This document shows positions 15,992 to 23,434 of a stretch of 64,000 nt of DNA, piece after piece. Origin of the DNA: Deltaproteobacteria bacterium (GTDB lineage: Bacteria > Desulfobacterota > Desulfobaccia > Desulfobaccales > 0-14-0-80-60-11); contig JAPLJC010000033.1 in NCBI GenBank assembly GCA_026388765.1, forward strand, positions 2,408-66,407, read 5' to 3'. The position numbers were made by a program, and so were the translations under genes. The stretch's first letter is position 1. Each line of letters opens with the position of its first letter. The notes below the pieces were generated by a model. It was not told where the DNA came from, did not search any database, and was given only the letters and a program-made list of their open reading frames with translations.

Positions 15992-16828
15992 TTAGGGAGT
16001 TAAGTATATAATTCCCCAAATTTTGCACCGGCCCAGATAATGCCTGACATTCCTGCCTCCCGGCTTGGATTGCACCTGCGGCTCTTCCGGATGGCGCGGG
16101 CACCGGGGCGCTTCCCGACTCAAATTTTCCGCCACACCTTCACCCTCCTCGGAGGCCGGGCCCGGCGCCGCCATGATCTCCTTGAGCCTTTCGGGCCTCA
16201 GGATTTTCCCGGCCTCTTTTTCCGATACTTGCACGGTCGACATGTCCTTTTTCTCCGCCGGTGCGGCCGGGACCGCAGGAATATTTTCAGGAATATTTTG
16301 AGCCCTTTTTGGTAAATCCGGCCCCACTTCGGCCTCATTTTTTTGGGGCGTGTTAATTTTTGCCACCTCATTTGTGGTCGCAAAAATTAACCCGGCCGCA
16401 CTTTCACCCCCTCCCCCTTGAGGGGGGAGGGCTGGGGTGGGGGTGGCGGCCGCTTTAGGCTTGACCATCGCGGCCCGGCGCTCGGCCTGCTCCCTGGCCA
16501 TCTCCAGCGGCCGATTGACGGCGCCGGCCAGGTTCAGGGGCCGGATCTTGACCTCAACGCCCTCCGGATGCCGCGCCTTGATCTCCCGGCCCTCCGGGCA
16601 GTCCCGGCAAAAGCTCGGGAAGCCGCCGGCCGCGGCCCGCTCCTGGTTGACCAGGCATTGGCGCTCGGAGATCCGGGTGGCCCCGGGGAACCGCGTGCAG
16701 TCGAACATCTGTGGCGCGGCCAGGGCCGCCACCAGCGCGGCCAGATCGACGCCGGGGTCAACCCTCGGCCCTTGATCCATCGCCGCCGCATAATGCGACC
16801 GCGGGCCCATGTCCCGCGCCTCAGTCAT
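15992..16828 (-). CDS. Hypothetical phage protein (278 aa), Cys-containing N-domain and low-complexity centre
   Basis: ORF track entry, part of the operon. Confidence 0.55.
   Translation of the reverse strand: MTEARDMGPRSHYAAAMDQGPRVDPGVDLAALVAALAAPQMFDCTRFPGATRISERQCLVNQERAAAGGFPSFCRDCPEGREIKARHPEGVEVKIRPLNLAGAVNRPLEMAREQAERRAAMVKPKAAATPTPALPPQGGGGESAAGLIFATTNEVAKINTPQKNEAEVGPDLPKRAQNIPENIPAVPAAPAEKKDMSTVQVSEKEAGKILRPERLKEIMAAPGPASEEGEGVAENLSREAPRCPRHPEEPQVQSKPGGRNVRHYLGRCKIWGIIYLTP
15994..16026. repeat. Right arm of the inverted repeat
   Basis: See the left arm. This arm also encodes the last residues and stop of ORF 15992-16828. Confidence 0.85.
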
Positions 16829-16849
16829 GGCAGTTCCGGGTACTCAGTC

Positions 16850-16987
16850 TCACGACTCCTCCCGCGGCCAACCCTCGTCACATTCGGGAGGTCTGGATCT
16901 TTTGGCCATCACCAGCAGGCAATAGATCACCAGCACGATGAAACCCAACACCGCCAGCGCCGCAATTTTGATGGCAAAAATAAACAT
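16850..16987 (-). CDS. Small membrane protein (45 aa), speculative
   Basis: Hand translation gives MFIFAIKIAALAVLGFIVLVIYCLLVMAKRSRPPECDEGWPREES. Confidence 0.3.
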   Translation of the reverse strand: MFIFAIKIAALAVLGFIVLVIYCLLVMAKRSRPPECDEGWPREES

Positions 16988-17032
16988 GGTTACCTACCTC
17001 CGTAGGGGCGACCTGTCGGGTCGCCCTGGCCG

Positions 17033-17182
17033 TTAGAGGAGCACCAGCACCACGCCCGCGGCGATGATCACCAGCACGGTGAGCGCCCCGTTGATCAGGG
17101 TCTCCCCCAACTGCCGCCGGTCCGCCGGGGTGCTCAAATATTCCCGGTTGAATTCCCGCAGATGTTCGGTGATATAGTCCAT
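17033..17182 (-). CDS. Small C-terminally anchored membrane protein (49 aa), speculative
   Basis: Hand translation gives MDYITEHLREFNREYLSTPADRRQLGETLINGALTVLVIIAAGVVLVLL. Confidence 0.35.
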   Translation of the reverse strand: MDYITEHLREFNREYLSTPADRRQLGETLINGALTVLVIIAAGVVLVLL

Positions 17183-17221
17183 CTCAGGCCTCCTGTGGAT
17201 GGCATAGGTTTCAAACCTGTG

Positions 17222-17716
17222 CTACTGTTCCTTGACCTCGTAGGCGTATGTCTCTTTCGTCTCGCGCCGGGTGCCGATGAGGGCCAGGGCCGCGTCGGGC
17301 CATTCGTTTTTGTCCTCCAGCACGTCCCAATCCACCGCGGCGGTGCGCCGGATGGCCTCCTCAAAGCCATATTTCATCAGGTTGGCCAGGACATCCACCT
17401 TGCGGGGTTTGACCACGTAGTCCTCTCGGGCGTAGAGCAGGGCGCCGTGCGGCAGGTCCAGGGAATAGGACTCCAGGATCACCTCTGGAAATAAGTCGGC
17501 CCGGTGCGCCTTCATGAAATCCTTCAATTCCTTATCGAGGTAAGCCACCCGGCGCTGTTGCCAGTCGATCTTGCCCTGGGAGGCCTGAAAGGCCCGCAGC
17601 TCTTCGGCCAACTTGGCCTGGAGGCGGTCCAACTCCACCTGCGCCTCCCGGATCGCCGCCAATTGCCGGTCCGCCTCGGCCTGGATCGGCGAGGCGAAGT
17701 ATTTTTTGGTGCTCAT
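17222..17716 (-). CDS. gam: Host-nuclease inhibitor Gam (Mu Gam family)
   Basis: 164 aa with an N-terminal coiled-coil (AEADRQLAAIREAQVELDRLQAKLAEEL). Size and architecture match Mu Gam, and it lies in the early region of a Mu-like phage. Confidence 0.7.
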   Translation of the reverse strand: MSTKKYFASPIQAEADRQLAAIREAQVELDRLQAKLAEELRAFQASQGKIDWQQRRVAYLDKELKDFMKAHRADLFPEVILESYSLDLPHGALLYAREDYVVKPRKVDVLANLMKYGFEEAIRRTAAVDWDVLEDKNEWPDAALALIGTRRETKETYAYEVKEQ

Positions 17717-18132
17717 GCCTCAGTCTCCTGCATCTCCAGGGCCAACTGACCGGCGTAGTCGGCGGCGTTCTTATTATTCAGCCGGCCCAGTCTGCCGATG
17801 GCCTTCTTCAACTGCCGCTCCTTGCGCGCCAAATATTCCCGGCGCTCGGAATCGGAGGAGGGCAGGTAGTAGCCCGGCCGGATGTTGCAGCAGGAGGCGG
17901 CGATGAACACTGCCTCGGGCCCATACTTGACCTCTTCGATCAGCTTCCGGAGTTCCCGGCAGCCGGTCATCTTGTTGCCTTCGTAGGGCCGCAGGAAGAC
18001 CTGCTCGAACAGCTCCCCGGCCCCGATGGCCCGGGCCTTGCCGATGTGCCGGGTCATCGCCAGGAGCAGCCGGCTCTTGGCCTGCTCCCAATCCAGTTCC
18101 TGTTCCATCTTTTTGAGCTTTCTTTCCGTCAT
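17713..18132 (-). CDS. Hypothetical early protein
   Basis: 139-aa ORF that overlaps gam by 4 nt. Confidence 0.55.
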   Translation of the reverse strand: MTERKLKKMEQELDWEQAKSRLLLAMTRHIGKARAIGAGELFEQVFLRPYEGNKMTGCRELRKLIEEVKYGPEAVFIAASCCNIRPGYYLPSSDSERREYLARKERQLKKAIGRLGRLNNKNAADYAGQLALEMQETEA

Positions 18133-18195
18133 GAAACCCTCCTTCGTGGCACAGGCTTCCAGCCCGTGGACCTCAACCTTCTCCAGCCTGTGCCC

Positions 18196-18366
18196 TTAAT
18201 AAAGCCCCTTCTTCTTCGCCAGCCATTCGGGCATAGTCACCATCACCGTGCCGTCGGCCTGATGCACCACGGCAATCTGGCTCCGGGGCAGATAGACCTT
18301 GAGCCCGGTGCAGCCGTCATCGAACAGCACGGCCACTCGGTCCCCGGCTCGACGATCCGCCCCCAC
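18196..18366 (-). CDS. Small hypothetical protein (56 aa from a GTG), possibly frameshifted
   Basis: The C-terminus ...AVLFDDGCTGLKVYLPRSQIAVVHQADGTVMVTMPEWLAKKKGLY looks genuine. The upstream ATG at 18386 is in a different frame, just before a G5 run. Confidence 0.3.
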   Translation of the reverse strand: MGADRRAGDRVAVLFDDGCTGLKVYLPRSQIAVVHQADGTVMVTMPEWLAKKKGLY

Positions 18367-18389
18367 AGTTCGACGTCTTCACTCATGGC

Positions 18390-18578
18390 CTACCCTACCT
18401 GTACCTTGGGTTTGATCGGCAGCGGGCGACCCAGCGGTCTTACTTCCCTGGGAGACCAGCGGTAATATGACCGGCCGCAACACGGGCAGACATAGACCTT
18501 CTGGTCCCGTTCCTTCGCCTCATCAACTCCCACCAGGACGCCACAGTCGCACTCAAATGACTTCTTGTCGGCCATCAT
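18390..18578 (-). CDS. Zinc-ribbon protein (62 aa)
   Basis: MMADKKSFECDCG...VCPCCGRSYY carries two Cys pairs. A strong SD (AAGGAGGG) is present, and the start overlaps the upstream stop. Confidence 0.55.
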   Translation of the reverse strand: MMADKKSFECDCGVLVGVDEAKERDQKVYVCPCCGRSYYRWSPREVRPLGRPLPIKPKVQVG

Positions 18579-18757
18579 CCCTCCTTCGGCTGGCTGGTCA
18601 GGTGCCAGCGCCCGCACCGCCAGCAGTGGTAGGCCCGCTCGGGCAGGTAATCCCGGCGGGAGTTCGCCGCGATCCGGGCGCAAGCCATCATGGCCCGGCG
18701 CTGGCTGCAAAACCCCACCTTGCCGGTGGCGCATTTACGGTTGCTGCGATTCGACAT
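18575..18757 (-). CDS. Small zinc-finger protein with a C-terminal CWRCGRWHLTS motif
   Basis: 60 aa. The motif ...RAYHCWRCGRWHLTSQ is common in small phage proteins. Confidence 0.6.
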   Translation of the reverse strand: MSNRSNRKCATGKVGFCSQRRAMMACARIAANSRRDYLPERAYHCWRCGRWHLTSQPKEG

Positions 18758-19282
18758 ACTCTTCTGCCTTGGTGGGGCGGCCGTCCCCGGTGGCGCAGGC
18801 GTCCCCGCCTGCGGACCTTTTAGCGGCCGAGACGGCCGCCCTACGCGCCCGCGTCTCCGGCCGGGTCTGCGGCGGGTCGCCGGCCTGCTTGCGCACCTCG
18901 TAAATCAAGGCGATCTGCACCCGGTGCAGCATCGCCGGCGAGAGCCAGCGCCAGACCACCCTATCCAGCTTTTCCAGCCCGAGCATCCGCCGGGCGATGG
19001 CCGCAGCGTAGGCCCAATCGGCTCCCAGCGCCGCCAGCAGTTTGCCGATGGCGGCCAGGTGGGCCTGCTTGAGCCGCTGGACCGCCCGGATCTGCGGCCC
19101 CTGTGAACCATTCTTGGGCCGGTAGACGAAACCGCAGGCCGCAAAATGTCCTTGCTACTGGCCACCCCGAAGCGCTCCTTCATCTCCGCCTTGGTGATGG
19201 CCACCCCCGCCTTTTGCAAGGTGGTGATGGCGGTGTGGAAGAGCCGCACCTGCTCCGGCTGGATGCGGAAGTGGGGTTTCAT
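18735..19282 (-). pseudogene. gemA: GemA / Mu gp16-like (DUF1018-type) gene with a frameshift near 19143-19146
   Basis: The N-terminal half is in the frame of ORF 18905-19294 (MKPHFRIQPEQVRLFHTAITTLQKAGV...FGVASSKDIL). The conserved C-terminal half (AACGFVYRPKNGSQGPQIRAVQRLKQAHLAAIGKLLAALGADWAYAAAIARRM...) is in another frame, with no start codon before residue M at 18986. Confidence 0.6.
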
Positions 19283-19410
19283 GGCGTTACCCATTTTTTG
19301 ATGATCTGCTTCATCTTTTTAAGGATGTGGAGTTCCCAGCCAATAAGGATGAGGACAACAAGGCAACCCATAGCGACGCCATAACTAATGATTTCGGTGA
19401 TGAGGGTCAT
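19279..19410 (-). CDS. Small membrane protein (43 aa), speculative
   Basis: Hand translation gives MTLITEIISYGVAMGCLVVLILIGWELHILKKMKQIIKKWVTP. It has ATGA overlaps at both ends and lies in a lower-GC patch. Confidence 0.35.
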   Translation of the reverse strand: MTLITEIISYGVAMGCLVVLILIGWELHILKKMKQIIKKWVTP

Positions 19411-19634
19411 GGCTTCCTTGATCTCTCATACTCATAGGCGCCCCTGCCAAACATGATCAGGGTGCCAAAAAGTTTTCGGGCCCTTTTGCATTCCGGGTGG
19501 TCACAAAATGAGCCGACGCACTCTTTGGCCACTCCGGCAAGGTTATCGGGCCCGAGAGGGCTTAGGGGCGGCGGCGGCCAGAGGTTAAAGTCCAACCCTG
19601 GCCTGAGCCTTTTGGGTTTCGGGTCGGGTTTCAT
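19407..19634 (-). CDS. Hypothetical protein
   Basis: 75-aa ORF with overlapping starts and stops. Confidence 0.45.
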   Translation of the reverse strand: MKPDPKPKRLRPGLDFNLWPPPPLSPLGPDNLAGVAKECVGSFCDHPECKRARKLFGTLIMFGRGAYEYERSRKP

Positions 19635-19831
19635 GGCCGGCAGACCGAAGACGGAGGACCGGAGACCGGGGCTTCCGCCTCCATGTCCTCGAAATACGGC
19701 TGAAAGACATCCTCGTCCAGCCGCAGCATCAGGCCGCCGCAGGCGGCGCAGATGGCCGTGTGGTCATCCAACCCGGCCACCCGCTGGTCCCGGCCGCCGC
19801 AATCCACGCACTGGTATTCGTAAGTCGGCAT
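19631..19831 (-). CDS. FmdB-family CxxC zinc-ribbon protein
   Basis: The N-terminus MPTYEYQCVDCG plus a second CAACG pair is the hallmark of the FmdB/Zn-ribbon regulatory family. Confidence 0.65.
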   Translation of the reverse strand: MPTYEYQCVDCGGRDQRVAGLDDHTAICAACGGLMLRLDEDVFQPYFEDMEAEAPVSGPPSSVCRP

Positions 19832-19879
19832 AAAACCTCCTGGGGTGAGGGGGCGGGCCGCCCGGCCCGCCCCGCCCGG

Positions 19880-20083
19880 TTAAGTGGCCGGGATCAGCCG
19901 GTTCAGAATCTTGGCCGCCTGCCTGATCTTCCGGACCACGTCCGCTAAAATCAGGGTCATGCCGAACAGGTCATTCTCCGAAAGCACCAGGTTGCCCTCC
20001 GTGGCCAGGAGGGTATTGGCCAATTCCAACTTGCAGGCCAGGTGCTCCAGGGCGTCCAGGGCGTCGGCCCGCGGGTATCTCAT
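19880..20083 (-). CDS. Hypothetical protein
   Basis: 67-aa ORF whose start overlaps the upstream stop. Confidence 0.45.
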   Translation of the reverse strand: MRYPRADALDALEHLACKLELANTLLATEGNLVLSENDLFGMTLILADVVRKIRQAAKILNRLIPAT

Positions 20084-20802
20084 GACTCGCCCGCCGCCGG
20101 GCCGGGCAGGGCTTCCTGCCTGACCCCGGCGCTGATCTGCGCCAATTCACGGGCGAATTCGTCCCGCACCAGCTTGCGCCGTTTGTTCTGGAGCACTTTG
20201 CCGAATTTGAATCCCAGGGATTCCAGGCGGCGTTGGATTTCCTGCGCCTTTTCCCTGGAGATTCCCAGGAGCAGGCCGGTTTCTTTGAAAGTCAGATACT
20301 GTCGCCGGTAAAACCTGACCCAGGCCAGGATGTCGTGGTCCAACTTGCCCGCCAGGATCTCCGTGGCCAGGCAGAAACCTTTGTGGACTCCCCGGGCTTC
20401 GGCTTCCTGGAGGCTGGCCTCCATCCTGGGCGCCGCCTGGCGCAACTTGTCTTGAAATTTCTCGACTTTCTCCGGCAGTTTCGCCAGCCATAGACGGAAG
20501 GTCTTTGACTTTTGGGTGCGGGCGAACATGGAGATCAGATTACAGCCGGTTCGGTCGAAGAGTCGGGTAATACCTACACCTTTTGATGTGCATAACCCCG
20601 TTTTGAGGGTCAAGCTATGCGGCTCTAATTCTTCCTTATTTCTCTGGAAGAAGGTGTTAACCGCCTTGGCCGGATTCGCCATACCGAGGCACAGGCCCAC
20701 GTCTTTGGAGGTCAAGTAGTCTTTACCCTCGATCACAAAAAGGCTGACCTGATTACTGTCGAACATCTCGGTTCTGGCCTGTAATTGCTCGTTATTACTC
20801 AT
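20080..20802 (-). CDS. Bro-N domain protein (antirepressor-like) with a C-terminal HTH
   Basis: The N-terminus ...VSLFVIEGKDYLTSKDVGLCLGMANPAKAVNTFFQRN... fits the Bro-N pattern. The C-terminus LTFKETGLLLGISREKAQEIQRRL is HTH-like. Confidence 0.65.
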   Translation of the reverse strand: MSNNEQLQARTEMFDSNQVSLFVIEGKDYLTSKDVGLCLGMANPAKAVNTFFQRNKEELEPHSLTLKTGLCTSKGVGITRLFDRTGCNLISMFARTQKSKTFRLWLAKLPEKVEKFQDKLRQAAPRMEASLQEAEARGVHKGFCLATEILAGKLDHDILAWVRFYRRQYLTFKETGLLLGISREKAQEIQRRLESLGFKFGKVLQNKRRKLVRDEFARELAQISAGVRQEALPGPAAGES

Positions 20803-20839
20803 GGTTTTGTTCTCCTTTGGATGTTTTTAGCTTGGGCAT

Positions 20840-20934
20840 AAAAAAAGCACGGCCCTGACGAGCGGTGCTAAGGGACACCCGAAGGAGAACCCTCCCGGAC
20901 CTTGCGGACACCGGGCCACTCGCCAGAGCCGTGC
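20840..20934 (-). terminator. Intrinsic terminator-like structure: a 16-bp basal helix enclosing a branched loop, followed by U7
   Basis: In minus sense, 5'-GCACGGCUCUGGCGAG (20934-20919) pairs with CUCGUCAGGGCCGUGC (20862-20847), using 2 G:U pairs, and is followed by UUUUUUU (20846-20840). In plus sense the same positions are A:C mismatches. Confidence 0.55.
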
Positions 20935-21021
20935 GCTCTGGTCCATGAAAAACAAAACCCCCTTTTGCGCCCAAGATTGGGTCGCAAGGCCGGGGCAGCC
21001 CCTTTGGGTGTTCTTAGCACC
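20840..21021 (-). ncRNA. Candidate structured leader/regulatory RNA between the remA-like gene and the Bro-N gene
   Basis: A long-range helix pairs 21021-21013 with 20872-20864 (9 bp) and 21011-21006 with 20880-20875 (6 bp). There are internal hairpins, including one with a GCAA tetraloop. The topology crosses the terminator helix, which suggests alternative folds. Confidence 0.3.
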
Positions 21022-21055
21022 TTCAGCATGCCCGGTTTGGGGGATATTTGTCAAG

Positions 21056-21346
21056 TTATTTCTCACTCCCGCCAGCCTCCGCCACCAGCCTCTCACGGAG
21101 CACCGTCGCCGCCAGGGCCGCCAGGATGACATGGTTGCTGTCGGTGATGATGACCGCCTTAGTGCGGCGCCCGGCGTTGGCGATCAAGAGGCGCCCGGAC
21201 GCAACCGCTTCGGCCCGCAGGCGCTTGGCCGGCGCCGTCTCGGGCGCCAAGATCGCCACCACCCGATTCCAGTTGAGAAAATTGCCGTAACCGATATGGA
21301 CCAGGGTGCCCCGGTTCTTGGCCCGCTGGCCGTGTTTAAAGTTCAT
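21056..21346 (-). CDS. remA: RemA / DUF370-family DNA-binding protein homologue
   Basis: LVHIGYGNFLNWNRVVAILAPETAPAKRLRAEAVASGRLLIANAGRRTKAVIITDSNHVILAALAATVLRERL aligns by eye along its whole length with B. subtilis RemA (INIGFGN...SPESAPIKR...GRRTRAV...DSDHVILSA). Confidence 0.85.
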   Translation of the reverse strand: MNFKHGQRAKNRGTLVHIGYGNFLNWNRVVAILAPETAPAKRLRAEAVASGRLLIANAGRRTKAVIITDSNHVILAALAATVLRERLVAEAGGSEK

Positions 21347-21780
21347 CGCCGACCCTCCTCATAACGCCTCCGCGCCTGGGCCACGGCCCGCAGCACTTCC
21401 CGCTCGTAAGCCCGGTTGCCGGTGCCGTTATAGGCCCGCACCGCCAGGCGCAGATCGCCCTGATACTTCTTGAGCAGTCGGGCCAGGACCCGGGCGCCGC
21501 CGTGGATGTTCTCCCGCGGGTTCCAGGGGTCCACCCCGAGGAACTTCGCCGTGTCCCGGTCCAACTGCATGAGGCCGATGCAGCGGCCCCGGCCGGAAGT
21601 GGCGGCGGGATCACCGCGGCTCTCGATGGCCAGCACGCCCCAAATGATGCAGGGATCGACTCCGGTCTCCCCGGCTGCCTGCAGGGTGTAGGCCCAATAT
21701 TCCAGCGGCAGGGCCAGGTTGCCGATCTGCGGCGCCGGCATCAGGGTCAAGGCCAGGAACATGGCGATGGCGGAGGTCAA
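21343..21780 (-). CDS. Lytic transglycosylase (SLT domain)
   Basis: LAIESRGDP (catalytic ES motif), ...GLMQL... and ...AYNGTGN. Confidence 0.85.
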   Translation of the reverse strand: MTSAIAMFLALTLMPAPQIGNLALPLEYWAYTLQAAGETGVDPCIIWGVLAIESRGDPAATSGRGRCIGLMQLDRDTAKFLGVDPWNPRENIHGGARVLARLLKKYQGDLRLAVRAYNGTGNRAYEREVLRAVAQARRRYEEGRR

Positions 21781-22109
21781 TTGAGCCCCGCCTTCGCCAC
21801 GCTCGGCCGGGGCGTGGCCGGGTCCAGGATCAGGGCGGCCATCACCCGGGCCGCCGTGGTGGTGTCCCGCTGAGGCTTATTCTTCCGCAGGCTTTCCACC
21901 TGGAACTCCAGTAGTTTGAACCGGAGCTGCTCGGGAGAGACCGCCGCCAGGGGATCGCCGAGGGCCCTGAGCAGTTCATGGGCCTCCCAAACCAGATCCA
22001 GCTCCCTCCGCCGCGCTTTCTCCCAGGACTTCCAGGCCTTAAAGGGCTCAATGAGGTCCTGTATTAACTCTTTGCCGATCTGCCAATATTTCTTGATTTT
22101 GGCGATCAT
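21777..22109 (-). CDS. Hypothetical early protein
   Basis: 110-aa ORF with 4-nt overlaps. Confidence 0.5.
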   Translation of the reverse strand: MIAKIKKYWQIGKELIQDLIEPFKAWKSWEKARRRELDLVWEAHELLRALGDPLAAVSPEQLRFKLLEFQVESLRKNKPQRDTTTAARVMAALILDPATPRPSVAKAGLN

Positions 22110-22357
22110 GGCTCGTTTCTCACCGAAAAGAGGAATTGGTTGTTTATCCAGGTCTTTTCCAGTTCTCCCGCCGCGGTCATGTCCTCCAAGGCGTGGTAAA
22201 TCAGACCGATGGCCCCGGGGCCGATAAAGTTCAGCTCCCGGCCGATCCGGGCCGCCGAGGCCATGAGCAGATCACCCACGGCCTGTTTGATCTGGTTGCG
22301 GGTCACTCCGGGCACCGGCATAGCCAGAGGCGGAGGAGGGGGTAGTTTTGCCATCAA
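22106..22357 (-). CDS. Hypothetical early protein
   Basis: 83-aa ORF with 4-nt overlaps. Confidence 0.5.
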   Translation of the reverse strand: MMAKLPPPPPLAMPVPGVTRNQIKQAVGDLLMASAARIGRELNFIGPGAIGLIYHALEDMTAAGELEKTWINNQFLFSVRNEP

Positions 22358-22587
22358 ATTATCTCCGCCGCCAACTTGTCGGCCCGGCGGGTGGGACAGC
22401 CGCGGCTGTGCCGGACCTGGCCGTCCTCGGTCTCGTTGGCCGCTTTAGCTCCCGGCGTGCCGCTGCAAAAGACGCAGTATTCGCCGCTGGTGTAATCCCC
22501 GCCCTCTTGAATCAGCCGATCCACCAGCCGCCGATAGCGCCGCAGCAGGGACCGCCGCCGGGACATTTCTGTGGGCTTGGCCATCAC
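22354..22587 (-). CDS. Hypothetical early protein (Cys pairs)
   Basis: 77-aa ORF containing CVFC...GC. Confidence 0.5.
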   Translation of the reverse strand: MMAKPTEMSRRRSLLRRYRRLVDRLIQEGGDYTSGEYCVFCSGTPGAKAANETEDGQVRHSRGCPTRRADKLAAEII

Positions 22588-22784
22588 TTCTCACCCAACT
22601 CGCTCACCGCGGCAACCGGAATAATCACCACCGGGGCTGGCAGGGCCGCCCGCTTATTGATGGCGCCGAAAAATTGCACGGTGTTGTCCACCCCGGACAA
22701 ATTACCGACCCGGCCCACCAGGATGAAGGTTTCCCCCTCAAATTCCGCTTCCCCGAGATCCGACAAGAGTTCTTCCACCTGCAT
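22584..22784 (-). CDS. Hypothetical early protein
   Basis: 66-aa ORF. An SD (AAGGAGGGG) precedes the ATG at 22784. Confidence 0.5.
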   Translation of the reverse strand: MQVEELLSDLGEAEFEGETFILVGRVGNLSGVDNTVQFFGAINKRAALPAPVVIIPVAAVSELGEK

Positions 22785-22802
22785 CGACCCCTCCTTTGCC
22801 TT

Positions 22803-22836
22803 TACTGACTACTGGCTACTGACTACTGGTACTGCC
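22803..22836 (-). repeat. Tandem heptamer array, copy C
   Basis: TACTGAC TACTGGC TACTGAC TACTGGT ACTGCC. It starts 1 nt from the stop at 22838-22840 and is followed on the minus strand by AAGGCAAAGGAGGGGTCGATG. Confidence 0.85.
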
Positions 22837-22837
22837 T

Positions 22838-23434
22838 TCATTCCTCCAGCCGGCTCACCGCCAGCCGCGCCTGGGCGATGGCCCGCAGGCTCTCGCCGTT
22901 TTTCCCCGGACACTCCTGGGCCACCCGGGCAAAGGCCCCGTCCAGCGAGGCCAGGGCTTCTTGCTGCCGCCGCCGGGCCCGCAGTTGCCGCAGGCGTTCG
23001 CCGTTGCTGTCCGCCGGCGGCTTCGGCCCGAGATCCTTGATCAGGCGATAGCGGCCCGGCTGGCCCTTTCCGGCCTCGTTCCGCACCAGACCCAGGCGCA
23101 GCATGGACTTGTACCAATCCCGGACCGTATGCGGGCTGGCCCCGGATTGCAGGCTCATCTCCTCCGCCGTCAGCACCAGGTGGATGCGCTGCAGATTCCA
23201 CATGATCTCCTTGAGCTCCGGCCGCTCCTCCCGCCCCAGCCGGCGCCAGCGCCCCGGCCCCAGGTGCTCCAGCTCGCCGTATTTGGCCAGGTCCTTGAGC
23301 GCCCCGCCGAGCCGGTTGCGGCGCTCGTCGGTGCACAATTCCAGGAGGTCGCCGGCCTGGCGGCTGGTGAAGGTCTGCCCCACCGGAAAGATGGCGATCA
23401 CCTGGCGCAACCGGTCGTTGAAGGAACCTTTCAT
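22838..23434 (-). CDS. Hypothetical early protein with winged-helix-like segments
   Basis: 198-aa ORF immediately downstream of the MuB-like gene. Confidence 0.55.
   Translation of the reverse strand: MKGSFNDRLRQVIAIFPVGQTFTSRQAGDLLELCTDERRNRLGGALKDLAKYGELEHLGPGRWRRLGREERPELKEIMWNLQRIHLVLTAEEMSLQSGASPHTVRDWYKSMLRLGLVRNEAGKGQPGRYRLIKDLGPKPPADSNGERLRQLRARRRQQEALASLDGAFARVAQECPGKNGESLRAIAQARLAVSRLEE

Noticed and set aside
19643-19670. The heptamer half-array (GACCGAA GACGGAG GACCGGA GACCGGG) as a third intercistronic hairpin.
   Set aside because: It lies inside the open reading frame of the FmdB-like gene (encoding ...APVSGPPSSV...) and lacks a convincing complementary arm. It is mentioned only as a related sequence.
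20855-20862. CUGACGAG on the plus strand, resembling the hammerhead ribozyme CUGANGA core.
   Set aside because: After the possible stem II, the sequence is CGAAGG rather than GAAA followed by stem III. No cleavage-site context could be built. The surrounding helices are better formed in the opposite (minus) sense.
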